Shown: positions 10,015 through 20,438, counted from the stretch's first letter. The stretch is 32,000 bases of DNA from Methanobacteriota archaeon (GCA_029556335.1 JAKQFA010000006.1:238741-270740), one strand, 5' to 3'. The notes: a model not told the origin generated them from the letters alone. Numbers and translations: made by a program.

Positions 10015-10785
10015 TCACATATTATTATTAGTCAATTTTTTCCAACTCAGATTCCATCTTTTCAGATCATCTTCATCCAGAATTATCTCAGCAACACGCC
10101 GATAAGCTTCAATAACTCCTGATTCTCCTTTTCGAAAGAGATCCTTGTCTAAAACGTCACGCGTTTCACGGTCCCAGAAGCGACAAGTATCTGGGCTGAT
10201 TTCATCCCCCAGCACAATATTTCCCTCTTGGTCACGACCATATTCTATTTTAAAATCAGGAAATAACAGTCCTTTACTATCTAAAAAATTTTTCAGGATT
10301 TTGTTTATCTTCAGGGTTATCTTGCGGATATAATCCAGGTCTTCTTGAGTAACGATGCCTAATGCAATGGCTATATCATCGTTTAGCATGGGGTCGTGAT
10401 ATTCATCGTTTTTAAAATCCATCTGAATAAGGGGGGGATCCAATTCCTGCCCCTCATAGAATGGAAAACGGCGCACCAGACTTCCTGTAGCAATGTTGCG
10501 TGTTATGACCTCCAGTGGTATCATATCCAGTTTTTTACAGAGCATGTAACTTGGTTCCGGAAGATCCAGGTACTGGGTATTCACACCTTCAGATGATAGT
10601 AACTGGAATAACTTAGCAGATATAATGGAATTGTAGCGACCTTTCTCACCGAGTGTATCTTTTTTTTGGCCATCACCGGCGGTAATATCATCCCTGAATT
10701 TAACCATAACCTGATCTGGATGGTCAGTTTCGTAAACATCCTTGGCTTTGCCCTGGTATAAGAGCTTTCCCACTTCAAACTTCAT
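10015..10785 (-). CDS. purC: Phosphoribosylaminoimidazole-succinocarboxamide (SAICAR) synthase
   Basis: [27 protein letters not shown] and [12 protein letters not shown] are present. The start MKFEVGK at 10785 has a GGAG 8 nt upstream. ATG 10803 is an alternative start. Confidence 0.9.
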   Translation of the reverse strand: MKFEVGKLLYQGKAKDVYETDHPDQVMVKFRDDITAGDGQKKDTLGEKGRYNSIISAKLFQLLSSEGVNTQYLDLPEPSYMLCKKLDMIPLEVITRNIATGSLVRRFPFYEGQELDPPLIQMDFKNDEYHDPMLNDDIAIALGIVTQEDLDYIRKITLKINKILKNFLDSKGLLFPDFKIEYGRDQEGNIVLGDEISPDTCRFWDRETRDVLDKDLFRKGESGVIEAYRRVAEIILDEDDLKRWNLSWKKLTNNNM

Positions 10786-10865
10786 GTTTAACTCCATTTT
10801 CATTTGTATCCAAGGTTTAATATACCCTTTAAACTACAATTATTTTATTTGTGATAAGGTAAGTT

Positions 10866-10879
10866 TAAAATTATATATA
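10866..10879 (+). promoter_or_regulatory. Putative TATA box for glmS in the purC/glmS divergent region
   Basis: The sequence taaaattatatata lies about 45 nt upstream of the glmS ATG, with a GGTGA SD at 10912-10916. It matches the methanogen TTTATATA-type TATA consensus. Confidence 0.45.
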
Positions 10880-10921
10880 GTAAGACCTAGTTTAACTAAA
10901 AACCATTTTTTGGTGAAATAC

Positions 10922-12700
10922 ATGTGTGGAATTGTAGGATGTATACTTAAAGATAAAAAGGCAGCACCAATACTCCTAGATTGCCTACGACGTTTGGAGT
11001 ATCGGGGTTATGATTCGGTGGGCATAGCCACCTCATCATCATCAATTAATATTAGAAAAGACAGTGGAAAAATTGATGAAGTCCATGAAAGATTGCAGTT
11101 AGATGAACTACCAGGTAACGTTGGAATTGCTCACGTCCGCTGGGCAACTCATGGACTACCCACTCGTGAAAATGCCCATCCACATACTGATTGTGAAAAT
11201 AAAATTGTTCTGGCACACAACGGCATTATAGAGAATTATCATGAATTAAAAGACCAGTTGCAGGAAGAAGGTCACCATTTCCTTTCAGATACTGATACCG
11301 AGGTGATCGTCCACCTGATCGAAAAAGAAATGAAAGGGGGAATGGATTTTGAGGAAGCGGTGCGTGAAACAACCCAGAAGATTAAGGGCTCCTATGCCTT
11401 GGCAATCATTCACGCTGATTATCCAGACACAATCATCGGGGTACAAAAGGAAAGTCCCCTCATTTTAGGGGTGGGGGATGGTGATTATTTCCTGGCCTCA
11501 GATGTACCAGCCATACTGGAAGAAACTAATCGGATCATCTACCTGGATGATGATGATATATTCATTATCAGAAGTGATGGCATCACCATTAAGGATGCAA
11601 ATGGTAGGGTAAAAGAGAATAAGGTCGATGTTATTAATTGGAGCCCTGAAATGGCCCAGAAGGGTGGCTACGATCATTTCATGATTAAAGAAATTCATGA
11701 ACAACCGGAAGCAGTCCGTAACACTCTATCTGAACTTGGAGAGATAAAAAAGACTGTGAAAAACTTTTCTAAATTTAAAAGAATATGTTTTGTGGCATGT
11801 GGAACTTCATATCATGCATCAATGGTTGGAAAATATTTATTCGAAGAATTAATGGGTCTTCCAGTGGATCTGGCATTGGCATCTGAGTTTGAATTTTCTG
11901 TTGGTACTTTAAGACCGGATACTTTGGTTATATTCATCACCCAATCTGGTGAAACTGCAGACACCATGAAAGCCATGGAATTGGCCAAAGAAAAGGCAGA
12001 AACCCTGGCAATTGTGAATGTCATAGGGAGTAGAGCTACCCGTGAGGCTGATCATGTCATTTACACTCGAGCTGGTCCAGAAATTGCTGTAGCTGCCACT
12101 AAAACATATGTAAGCCAGCTGACTTGCATATATCTCCTGGCAGCATGTATGGCTGGAGATGATGAACTTATAGATGAACTCAGGAAGGTGCCGGATCATA
12201 TGCTGGCAGCACTAGATCAGGAAGATTTTATTAAAGAAATTTCACCTCACTACCGAGATGCCCAAGATTTCTTCTTCATTGGTAGAGGATTTTCCTATCC
12301 CACTGCCATGGAGGGCGCCCTTAAATTGAAGGAGATCACCTACATTCATGGAGAAGGATACGCTGCCGGTGAACTGAAACACGGGCCCTTAGCCTTGATA
12401 AGTGAAGGAGTACCAGTGGTGGCAGTGGTGCCTCCCGGCAAAAAACATGACAGGACCATGGGTAATGTAAAAGAGGTTAAAGCACGTGGAGCACGAGTGA
12501 TTGGTTTAGGTTCCCTGGAAGACACCAATTTGCGCTCTGAATCCCATGATATGATAGGGCTGGACGATACCATCAGCGAACATATATCACCCCTGGTTTA
12601 TGTGGTGCCCTTACAATTACTGGCATACTACATAAGTGTGGAAAGAGGAATAAACCCTGATCAACCAAAGAATCTAGCTAAATGTGTTACGGTAGTGTGA
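10922..12700 (+). CDS. glmS: Glutamine--fructose-6-phosphate aminotransferase (isomerising)
   Basis: The Ntn start is MCGIVGC at 10922. The glutaminase domain ([15 protein letters not shown]) is followed by two SIS domains ([17 protein letters not shown]). The upstream 60 codons of the track ORF overlap purC and are not coding. Confidence 0.95.
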   Translation: MCGIVGCILKDKKAAPILLDCLRRLEYRGYDSVGIATSSSSINIRKDSGKIDEVHERLQLDELPGNVGIAHVRWATHGLPTRENAHPHTDCENKIVLAHNGIIENYHELKDQLQEEGHHFLSDTDTEVIVHLIEKEMKGGMDFEEAVRETTQKIKGSYALAIIHADYPDTIIGVQKESPLILGVGDGDYFLASDVPAILEETNRIIYLDDDDIFIIRSDGITIKDANGRVKENKVDVINWSPEMAQKGGYDHFMIKEIHEQPEAVRNTLSELGEIKKTVKNFSKFKRICFVACGTSYHASMVGKYLFEELMGLPVDLALASEFEFSVGTLRPDTLVIFITQSGETADTMKAMELAKEKAETLAIVNVIGSRATREADHVIYTRAGPEIAVAATKTYVSQLTCIYLLAACMAGDDELIDELRKVPDHMLAALDQEDFIKEISPHYRDAQDFFFIGRGFSYPTAMEGALKLKEITYIHGEGYAAGELKHGPLALISEGVPVVAVVPPGKKHDRTMGNVKEVKARGARVIGLGSLEDTNLRSESHDMIGLDDTISEHISPLVYVVPLQLLAYYISVERGINPDQPKNLAKCVTVV

Positions 12701-12905
12701 TACGTCTTTCCTGATATTGTGAAGCTTCTAATGAAGGATGTAACTACTTTTATAAATTTTCATCCTCTTTGGGAGCATGGAGTTTAGAATGCTATGGATA
12801 GCATATTTAAAGATGAAGGAAAATATAGTTTCTTGTGAAATTGATGACCACTTGGTGATAAATAATTTTCATATCTATGGAGTTAGGTCATTCTGAGGTT
12901 GCTAG

Positions 12906-13169
12906 ATGAAACCCCAAAAATATGGAAAACTGTTCATCGTTCTCATGATTGCACTTTTAGCCTACGGATTTGCATCAGGAGTGCATGCACTGGGAATAGG
13001 AGAAAATGTGGGGAAAAATCTTCTTGCTTCTGATTGGAGCCTTTCTGGGGATCAGAAGATTAGTGAAGTCAGTGACCCTTCTTTTAAACCAGCCAAATTG
13101 AACAGACGGGTAGTTAACGTTACCAACACCACCATTCCCAAAAACATAACTACCAACGAGACCCAGTAA
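12906..13169 (+). CDS. Small secreted or membrane-anchored hypothetical protein with a sequon-rich C-terminus
   Basis: A GAGGT SD lies 7 nt upstream. The signal peptide reads MKPQKYGKLFIVLMIALLAYGFASGVHA. Four N-x-S/T sequons occur in the last 17 residues (NVT, NTT, NIT, NET). No recognisable domain was found. Confidence 0.45.
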   Translation: MKPQKYGKLFIVLMIALLAYGFASGVHALGIGENVGKNLLASDWSLSGDQKISEVSDPSFKPAKLNRRVVNVTNTTIPKNITTNETQ

Positions 13170-13249
13170 GTTCAAAAAGCGAGATTGATTCCGACTATTC
13201 TAAAAATTCTAGTAAGATGGCCTAGTATGAGTTTTATTCAGGTGATTTG

Positions 13250-13825
13250 ATGCAGGAAAGGAATACAATTGGACCAAAAATCCGACAATTAAGAAAAAAT
13301 CGTGACATGACCGTGGAACAACTGGCTGAAAGCAGCCAGTGCAATGCGGAACTGATAAAAAACCTGGAGGAGGGGGCACTGGTCCCATCTCTCACTCCAC
13401 TTTTACGGATTGCCAAGGTTCTAGGAGTGCGTCTAGGAACATTTATGGATGATCACCCTCAAAACGGCCCCTTTAAATTGGAAGCTGATAAACACGAGAA
13501 TCTGATAAGGTTCTCTGGTAAAGACGCCACCACGGATCAAAGCACCCTTGATTTCTATTCACTTGCATATGGTAAAGGTGATAGGCATATGGAGCCTTTC
13601 ATAATCGATGTTCATCACATGCCGGCTGACGAATATAAACTTTCCTCCCACGAGGGTGAAGAGTTTATTTACGTGCTCAAAGGTAGTATCGAGATTTTTT
13701 ATGGGCAACAGAAATTCCTACTCAACGAGGGTGATAGCATATATTATGATTCTATAGTCCCCCATGATTTACACGCTCATCAAGAAGATGCTAAGATATT
13801 AGCAGTGGTTTATGCACCATTATGA
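13250..13825 (+). CDS. XRE-family HTH transcriptional regulator with a C-terminal cupin sensor domain
   Basis: The HTH reads [36 protein letters not shown]. The cupin reads [47 protein letters not shown] lies 4 nt upstream of ATG 13250. Confidence 0.85.
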   Translation: MQERNTIGPKIRQLRKNRDMTVEQLAESSQCNAELIKNLEEGALVPSLTPLLRIAKVLGVRLGTFMDDHPQNGPFKLEADKHENLIRFSGKDATTDQSTLDFYSLAYGKGDRHMEPFIIDVHHMPADEYKLSSHEGEEFIYVLKGSIEIFYGQQKFLLNEGDSIYYDSIVPHDLHAHQEDAKILAVVYAPL

Positions 13826-13845
13826 GTTACCATTAAGTGACTTAC

Positions 13846-14256
13846 ATGTTAAATATTGTAGTAACTCCCCGTTTCGGAGATACCGATGGACTCAGACACA
13901 TCAATAACATAGCCCTTGCGGAATGGTTTGAACTGGCCAGAAATCCACTTTATCGTCTTTTCACCCCAGACTTGGATCTTCGTTACGAAAAATGGAAGCT
14001 TATCATGGTTCGCACCGAGTTCGATTTTTTGGGACAGATGTACTACGGTAGCGACGTTCATATAAAAACGTACATAAGCAAAATCGGAAACACTTCTTTC
14101 ATTACTAAACATGAGGCCTGGCAAAATGGCCATTTAAGGGCCCAGGGAAAGGCAGTTATAGTTCATTTTGATTTTGTGGAGCAAAAAAGTAAGTCCATTC
14201 CAGATCACATCAGAAAAATGCTGATGAAGCATCTGGAGGATGAAGAAAAAGAATAG
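13846..14256 (+). CDS. Acyl-CoA thioesterase, 4HBT/YbgC hotdog-fold family
   Basis: [25 protein letters not shown] is the YbgC/4HBT catalytic Asp motif. The size of about 136 aa fits a single hotdog fold. GTG 13837 is an alternative start. Confidence 0.75.
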   Translation: MLNIVVTPRFGDTDGLRHINNIALAEWFELARNPLYRLFTPDLDLRYEKWKLIMVRTEFDFLGQMYYGSDVHIKTYISKIGNTSFITKHEAWQNGHLRAQGKAVIVHFDFVEQKSKSIPDHIRKMLMKHLEDEEKE

Positions 14257-14269
14257 AAAAGGTGTCATC

Positions 14270-15928
14270 ATGCTTTTCACCAAAGATACTTTAGGATATT
14301 TCCTGGAAAAAGGGGCTCAAGAACACCCTGATAGAGATTTTATGGTCTATCCGGACCGTGACTTGAGATTGAGTTATAAAGAATTTGATGAGCGGGTAAA
14401 CCTACTGGCCAAAGGATTATTGTCTATCGGGATTAAAAAGGGCGATCATGTGGGTATATGGGCCCTTAACGTACCGGATTGGCTTACCTTTATGTTTGCC
14501 ACAGCCAAGATTGGTGTGGTTCTGGTAACAGTTAACACCGCCTACCGCAGTCATGAACTGGCCTACGTGATGGAACAGTCTGATATGAAAGCATTGGCCA
14601 TAATAGATGGATTCAGGGACATAGATTATGTTCAAACCCTTTATGAACTGATTCCCGAGCTGAAAACCCAGGAGAGAGGAGAATTAAAGAGTGAAAAATT
14701 TCCTTATCTAAAGAGTGTTATTTATATAGGGCCTGAGAAGCACCGGGGAATGTACAACACGCCTGAGTTACTGTTACTGGGAAAACACACCCCCGACGAT
14801 GAATTCCTACAAATAAAGGCGAGTTTAGATGGTGATGAAGTTATAAACATGCAATACACATCTGGAACTACTGGATTCCCCAAGGGAGTAATGTTATCCC
14901 ATATTAATATCCTTAACAATGGTTATTACATTGGTGAACGTCAAAAATTCACTGGAGAAGATAAGTTATGCATCACCGTTCCCCTATTCCATTGCTTCGG
15001 TATTGTGCTGGGAATCATGGCTACTTTGACACATGGATCCACCAACGTCATGGTGGAAGTTTTTGACCCCCTGCTGGTCTTGGCTGCAGTGCAAAAAGAA
15101 AAATGCACAGCTCTCTACGGTGTCCCTACCATGTTTATAGCTGAGTACAGTCACCCCATGTTTGATATGTTCGACCTTTCCAGCCTGCGCACGGGTATCA
15201 TGGCGGGTTCCACCCCACCCATCGAGGCCATGAAAAAGGTGGTCAACAACATGCACATGGCTGAGGTGACCAGTGTATACGGACTCACGGAAGGTTCACC
15301 GGGGTTCACCCAGACCAGTACCGATGATCCCTTAGATAAGCGAGTGGAGACAGTGGGAAAGAAACTCCCGGAATGTGAGGTAAAAATTGTGGACCCTGAG
15401 ACAGGGGAAACCCTGGGACCTAACGAAACTGGTGAAATATGCTGTAAAGGGTACAATGTTATGAAAGGCTACTATAAAATGCCTGAAAAGACCAAAGAAG
15501 TTATTGATGAAGATGGATGGTTGCACAGTGGGGACTTGGCAACGGTGGATGAAGAAGGTTACTACTCCATAGTGGGTCGCATCAAAGACATGATAATTCG
15601 TGGTGGGGAAAATATCTACCCCCGGGAGATTGAAGAATTCTTGTACACCATGCCGGATATTCTAGATGTACAAGTGGTTGGCATACCTGATGATAAATAC
15701 GGGGAGATCGTTGGTGCATTTATAATCCTGGCAGAAGGAGCAGATTTAACCGAAGAAGATGTGCGGGACTTTGCTTTGACAAAGATAGCCCGATATAAGG
15801 TTCCTAAACATGTCTTTTTTGTGGATGAATTTCCTTTAACCGCCAGTGGCAAGATACAGAAATTTAAACTCAGGGAACAGGCGGTTGAATTGTTGGAAAA
15901 AATAAAGGCTCAGGAAGAAGATATTTAG
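14270..15928 (+). CDS. AMP-forming acyl-CoA synthetase (ANL superfamily, medium/branched-chain type)
   Basis: The AMP-binding signature [11 protein letters not shown] is present, with [44 protein letters not shown] and the C-terminal catalytic Lys in SGKIQK. ATG 14270 is preferred because of a GGTG SD. ATG 14240 would overlap the thioesterase gene. Confidence 0.88.
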   Translation: MLFTKDTLGYFLEKGAQEHPDRDFMVYPDRDLRLSYKEFDERVNLLAKGLLSIGIKKGDHVGIWALNVPDWLTFMFATAKIGVVLVTVNTAYRSHELAYVMEQSDMKALAIIDGFRDIDYVQTLYELIPELKTQERGELKSEKFPYLKSVIYIGPEKHRGMYNTPELLLLGKHTPDDEFLQIKASLDGDEVINMQYTSGTTGFPKGVMLSHINILNNGYYIGERQKFTGEDKLCITVPLFHCFGIVLGIMATLTHGSTNVMVEVFDPLLVLAAVQKEKCTALYGVPTMFIAEYSHPMFDMFDLSSLRTGIMAGSTPPIEAMKKVVNNMHMAEVTSVYGLTEGSPGFTQTSTDDPLDKRVETVGKKLPECEVKIVDPETGETLGPNETGEICCKGYNVMKGYYKMPEKTKEVIDEDGWLHSGDLATVDEEGYYSIVGRIKDMIIRGGENIYPREIEEFLYTMPDILDVQVVGIPDDKYGEIVGAFIILAEGADLTEEDVRDFALTKIARYKVPKHVFFVDEFPLTASGKIQKFKLREQAVELLEKIKAQEEDI

Positions 15929-16007
15929 CCGAAAAGGGATACCATCAGTAAAGAAATATTATACGTGTTTTTCTTCCAATTCCTTTATACTAATTTTTTT
16001 TGATTAC

Positions 16008-18500
16008 ATGATCATCTTGAGGAAAAAGAATAAAATCGTGGAAATCTTCCCCATCGGAAGTTCTAAGGACGCCATAAACCAGCGACGCAAACCATTATTT
16101 TATGCTTATTTAAAACTACGGCGAATTAAAGGCCAGTTGAAAATTCACCGCTTCGTGGTGCAGAAAGATAAGGAAATGATTCTACCTCCCTCTGAGGCGG
16201 TTAAGATCCTAAGAAAACAGAATGTTTTTCTGGTAGGGGATGAACCGGAAGTTGAGGAGTTGATGGAATCTTTACATATAAAGTACCGAAAAACCAGTAT
16301 ATGCCGACATTGTACCTTCACTGGTCACATAACCTTATTGGAACCTGAAAAATCTTTTCGTTATCATCAGGATAACATTTGCCTTATTTGTGCCGAGGAA
16401 GAAATAAAAAGGGAACTAAAGAATCATTCTTTCGATTTAAAGATCTTTCCTACCTTTCAGAGGATGCTCAACCGCACAGGAGACTTGGAAACGGTTCTAA
16501 AAACGTTTAATCCTCGCTTCAACCCCCTGAAGGAACGTAATCTAACTCTCTATGACCAAATGGCAGGGGGTGGGGATGATAAAGATTTTAAAATGGATAT
16601 GGAAGAATTGGATGTTCCCCCTAATTTTAAGATTATCTTAAAAAAACAGGGCACACATCTCCTACCTGTACAGGTGATGGCGGTTAATGTGGGACTCCTG
16701 GCTGGAGAAAACTTGCTGGTGGTCTCAGCCACAGCCAGTGGAAAAACACTCATCGGTGAACTAGCCGGCATACCACGAGCCCTGAAGGGGGGAAAATTTC
16801 TGTACTTGTCTCCGCTGGTGGCCCTGGCCAACCAGAAGTACCGGGACTTCCAGAAAAGATACGGAAAACTGGACCTTAAAGTGTCAATAAAGGTGGGTAT
16901 GAGTCGTATCAAGGCTCGTGAAGAGTTATCTTTACCAAAAGGTAAAGTAGAAGATTCTGATATCGTTGTAGGAACATATGAAGGACTGGATTTTCTTTTA
17001 AGGGCTGGCCGTGCATCTGAGCTGAGCAATCTTTCCACGGTGGTGGTTGATGAAATTCACATGTTGGGGGATGCGGAGCGTGGCCCCCGCCTTAAGGGGC
17101 TTATCCAGAGGCTTCGATTCCTGTTTCCAAATCTTCAGATAATAGGCTTATCAGCTACAGTGGGTAACAACCAGGAAATTGCCAATGAATTTGGCATGAA
17201 ACTGGTTGAATACTCTAAAAGACCAGTGCCCCTGGAAAGACACCTCATATTCGCTCGTAGCGAGGAGGATAAGAACCACTGGATGACACAACTAACCCGA
17301 TCAGAATTTCAGAAACGTTCCCAGAAGGGATTTCACGGTCAAAGCATAATATTTACCAATTCTCGGCGAAAAACTCATTCCATAGCTGATTATCTGGTTA
17401 AAAGGGGAATTAAAGCCGCAGCTTACCATGCTGGATTATCCTATTCTAAGAAAAATAGGATAGAAAAGACTTTTGGGGAGCAGAAGATATCGGTGGTTGT
17501 CACCACAGCCGCCCTGGCTGCGGGAGTCGATTTTCCAGCATCTCAGGTAATATTTGAAAGCTTCAATATGGGTAGGGAGATGTTAACCCCCAATGAGTTT
17601 TCTCAGATGATGGGCCGGGCAGGCCGTCCCAGTTACCATGACCAGGGAAAGATTTACCTCATACCCGAGGTGGGGAGAAGATATGGGGATGATACTGAGG
17701 AAAATATGGCGGTAACCCTCTTAGATAGCGATGTAGAACCAATTCACGTCCAGTACAGTGAAGCTGGGTTGGTGGAACAAGTCTTGGCTGATGTTTGTGC
17801 CAGGGGGCCTTCTGAAATTCATGAAATCTCCAAAGAATTTGAAAAAGATGAAATTCCAATGGAAATAGAATCTGCCTGGAATATTCTTCTGGATCAGAAA
17901 CTTGTCAAGGAGGAAAAGAATCAAGTATTGCCCACCCCTTATGGTAGGGCAGTTTCCATGTCATTTCTGAATTATAATGATGCCCTTTACATCCGAAGGA
18001 AGTTCAGAAAGACCAAACCATTGGAAATTGCCCTGAAGTTAGAACCATTTACGAACGCCTACCTCTCCACCCGGATAACTAGCAAACTAGGTCGGATTCT
18101 TAAGATAAACATGTCGTCCAGGTTATTTGCCGATTCCACCCTGGATATAATATCTTCTGGAGATACATTGGCCAAATTGGAACCTAACCTCCGGGAACGT
18201 CTTTTAAATTTGCAGATGGAATTTTTTTCCTGTCAATGTAAGGAAAGACCATTCTGTGATTGCTTTCAAAGGGAGTTGTCCCGGAAAATCATTAGACAGC
18301 GATTGAATAAGGAAGATCCAACTGATATAGGTCGAAAACTCTTGCGCAACTTTGAAATACACGCCTATGCAGGAGACATCTTCAGCTGGCTGGATAGTCT
18401 AATCCGGATGCTGGAAGCTATAGAAAGGATAACCCGGGCATTTGGTTCTAATAAGGTGGCTAACGAGTGCAGAAGACTTATCCAGAGGATTGAAAATTGA
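16008..18500 (+). CDS. Ski2-like SF2 helicase with an N-terminal zinc finger (ASH-Ski2-type archaeal helicase)
   Basis: Walker A SATASGKT, motif II DEIH, motif III SAT and motif VI QMMGRAGRP are present. An N-terminal CxxC...CxxC lies at C99/C102/C125/C128. An extra CxCx5CxC cluster lies near the C-terminus (C742-C752). Confidence 0.8.
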   Translation: MIILRKKNKIVEIFPIGSSKDAINQRRKPLFYAYLKLRRIKGQLKIHRFVVQKDKEMILPPSEAVKILRKQNVFLVGDEPEVEELMESLHIKYRKTSICRHCTFTGHITLLEPEKSFRYHQDNICLICAEEEIKRELKNHSFDLKIFPTFQRMLNRTGDLETVLKTFNPRFNPLKERNLTLYDQMAGGGDDKDFKMDMEELDVPPNFKIILKKQGTHLLPVQVMAVNVGLLAGENLLVVSATASGKTLIGELAGIPRALKGGKFLYLSPLVALANQKYRDFQKRYGKLDLKVSIKVGMSRIKAREELSLPKGKVEDSDIVVGTYEGLDFLLRAGRASELSNLSTVVVDEIHMLGDAERGPRLKGLIQRLRFLFPNLQIIGLSATVGNNQEIANEFGMKLVEYSKRPVPLERHLIFARSEEDKNHWMTQLTRSEFQKRSQKGFHGQSIIFTNSRRKTHSIADYLVKRGIKAAAYHAGLSYSKKNRIEKTFGEQKISVVVTTAALAAGVDFPASQVIFESFNMGREMLTPNEFSQMMGRAGRPSYHDQGKIYLIPEVGRRYGDDTEENMAVTLLDSDVEPIHVQYSEAGLVEQVLADVCARGPSEIHEISKEFEKDEIPMEIESAWNILLDQKLVKEEKNQVLPTPYGRAVSMSFLNYNDALYIRRKFRKTKPLEIALKLEPFTNAYLSTRITSKLGRILKINMSSRLFADSTLDIISSGDTLAKLEPNLRERLLNLQMEFFSCQCKERPFCDCFQRELSRKIIRQRLNKEDPTDIGRKLLRNFEIHAYAGDIFSWLDSLIRMLEAIERITRAFGSNKVANECRRLIQRIEN

Positions 18501-18620
18501 TATCCTGCTGGGAGTTCTTGAGATTTTAACTAATAAAGAGGTAAAGCCCATAAAAGAATAATAATATGAATTAAAAAAATGCATTATAACAAATACACTT
18601 GTAATTTACTAGATGATAGA

Positions 18621-20171
18621 ATGAAGATGCACACCAAAATACTGGTAGTAGGTGCGGGTAATGCCGGAAGACCTGCAGCTCAGCTTTTAAACTATTTGGG
18701 AAATGAGGTTAGATTAATAGACCAAAAAAGTTACTCTGAATTGCCCCAGAAAGCAAAAAATCAGTTAGCAGATCTTGAGTCCAGTGGAATCATATTGGAA
18801 CTGGGAGTTGATCCACAGGATAGTATAAGCTGGGCTGAGGCAGTTTTCATATCACCTAATATTTCCAAAAATGCTGAAATTCGTGAATTAATCCGAAAAG
18901 AAAAGAAGAAAAAGGACATTAAAGAGATTAACACAGCTGATATCGGCCAGATCCTGAATTCATTAGTCCAGATGCCCATTGTCGGAGTGGCGGGAACCGA
19001 TGGTAAAACCACCACCACCAACATGATTTTTCACTGCTTTAACCAGGCATATAATCCGCTTCTTTTCTCTTCTCTGCAGAATTCTCTGGTTATTGAAGGT
19101 TTAATTAGATTAATAGTGTCTGATACTGAAATTGACTTTGACATGGCTGTTTTAGAACTCCCCCATGGCACTATCCGGATGACTGAGGGACTGGAAATAT
19201 TGGTAGGGGTGGTTACCAACCTGACCCCTGATCACATGGAAGAATTTGATTCTTATTCTGATTACATCCAAAGAAATTTATCAATCAAGGATCTGTTGCA
19301 TGAAAATGGAATTCTGGTGGTGAATGGTGATGACCCCATCCTCAGCCAAGCTGATCTGGATAACTATGAAACCATTTATTACGGTCTTAACCAACCCAAA
19401 ACTATTGAATATAAGGATGAAGTTTATAAGAACACTGAGAAAAAAGAACTTAACATATTAGCCCATCAGATCAAAGATAAGGGCTTGTATGGATCAGAGT
19501 TCGAGGTAAAAGTTTTCAAAATACCCACACTGATTTGTGGAAACTGTATGAAGATTAACTGTGATTGTTCCACATTCAAAAGGCAATATATGGAGAATCA
19601 AACTACTAAAATTGAAATAAGTCTTCCTAGCATCTTTAATATAGAAAATACCCTGGCTACCATTGCCACCACCCTGGCCTGGGGCTATGATCTGAAAACG
19701 GCCAAAGCTTGTGTGGAAACATTCACCAAATTAAAGGGACGCTTTGAAAAAATTATCACCGTGGATAATGTTGACGTTTATATGGACGCTGCCCACAATC
19801 CAGATAGTATTGAAATGCTGTTGAACAGTTTGAAGGTTGAGGGTCGATTGATTGTTACCTTGGATAATCCAGATACTTTAACCATTCGGGATAAACTCAG
19901 AATTGGCCAAATCATTGGTAAATATGCTGATGTTTTAATAGTTAGCGCTAAAAATGAAACTACCAAGACAATTGATACAAATGCTGCCAAAGAAGTCCTC
20001 GACGGGGCTAAACTCGATGAACAACACATGACCATGGATGTGAAAGAGGCCATGAAGCAGGCGCTAAAAATTGCAGTTAAGGGTGATTTAATTATTCATA
20101 TGGGTCCAGGTGTGGTTAACGAATATCAAAATGTTAAAAATGATATTTTAAGGGCTTTGCCCCCTCTTTGA
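18621..20171 (+). CDS. Mur ligase family protein (MurD-like architecture; probable pseudomurein peptide ligase)
   Basis: The protein has an N-terminal Rossmann-like ILVVGAGNAGRPAA, the Mur ligase P-loop GVAGTDGKTTTT, NLTPDHMEEF and a C-terminal Mur_ligase_C-like region. The start is uncertain among ATG 18579, 18621 and 18627. Confidence 0.75.
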   Translation: MKMHTKILVVGAGNAGRPAAQLLNYLGNEVRLIDQKSYSELPQKAKNQLADLESSGIILELGVDPQDSISWAEAVFISPNISKNAEIRELIRKEKKKKDIKEINTADIGQILNSLVQMPIVGVAGTDGKTTTTNMIFHCFNQAYNPLLFSSLQNSLVIEGLIRLIVSDTEIDFDMAVLELPHGTIRMTEGLEILVGVVTNLTPDHMEEFDSYSDYIQRNLSIKDLLHENGILVVNGDDPILSQADLDNYETIYYGLNQPKTIEYKDEVYKNTEKKELNILAHQIKDKGLYGSEFEVKVFKIPTLICGNCMKINCDCSTFKRQYMENQTTKIEISLPSIFNIENTLATIATTLAWGYDLKTAKACVETFTKLKGRFEKIITVDNVDVYMDAAHNPDSIEMLLNSLKVEGRLIVTLDNPDTLTIRDKLRIGQIIGKYADVLIVSAKNETTKTIDTNAAKEVLDGAKLDEQHMTMDVKEAMKQALKIAVKGDLIIHMGPGVVNEYQNVKNDILRALPPL

Positions 20172-20408
20172 CTGTCTTTTAATAAAAATATGGCCATATT
20201 AATAACTGATCTTAAGATTAAGATAACTGGGATATCTACAGAAATACTAGTGTGAAATGTGAGCTGGGATGGAGCTTCTATGCAGCCATTAACCTACCCA
20301 TATCTCAGTACCAAGGGCATAACCGCAGATATTATATGGTCATTTGATAACATCCCCTTGATTTTATAGGTATTTACTACGGTATAATACCTGTCTGGTT
20401 GATGTAGA

Positions 20409-20438
20409 TTAAATGGTAATTATTTAAATGGTAATTAT
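20409..20438. repeat. Perfect 15-bp tandem duplication (ttaaatggtaattat x2)
   Basis: Read directly from the sequence. Unit 1 is 20409-20423 and unit 2 is 20424-20438, and the two are identical. Confidence 0.9.

Noticed and set aside
10742-10921. A 60-codon N-terminal extension of the glmS ORF in the track, which overlaps the purC start.
   Set aside because: GlmS is an Ntn amidotransferase that must begin Met-Cys (MCGIVGC at 10922). The extension overlaps purC coding sequence and the divergent promoter, is low-complexity, and the GGTGA SD sits directly before 10922.
12841-12896. A C/D-box sRNA-like arrangement: ttgatga at 12841-12847 and ctga at 12893-12896, about 56 nt apart.
   Set aside because: No internal D'/C' boxes occur at the required spacing, the C box has a non-consensus first base, there is no terminal stem, and the ctga overlaps the SD (tgaggt) of the downstream ORF. 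It is most likely chance in AT-rich sequence.
16550-17038. A 162-aa minus-strand ORF inside the helicase gene. The 14417-15852 and 18761-20053 minus-strand ORFs are similar cases.
   Set aside because: They lie antisense to genes with complete catalytic motif sets, and they have no SD or recognisable domains.
20409-20438. The 15-bp direct repeat as a possible CRISPR or mini-array.
   Set aside because: There are only two abutting copies with no spacers, the repeat is too short, and no cas genes are present. This is a simple tandem duplication.
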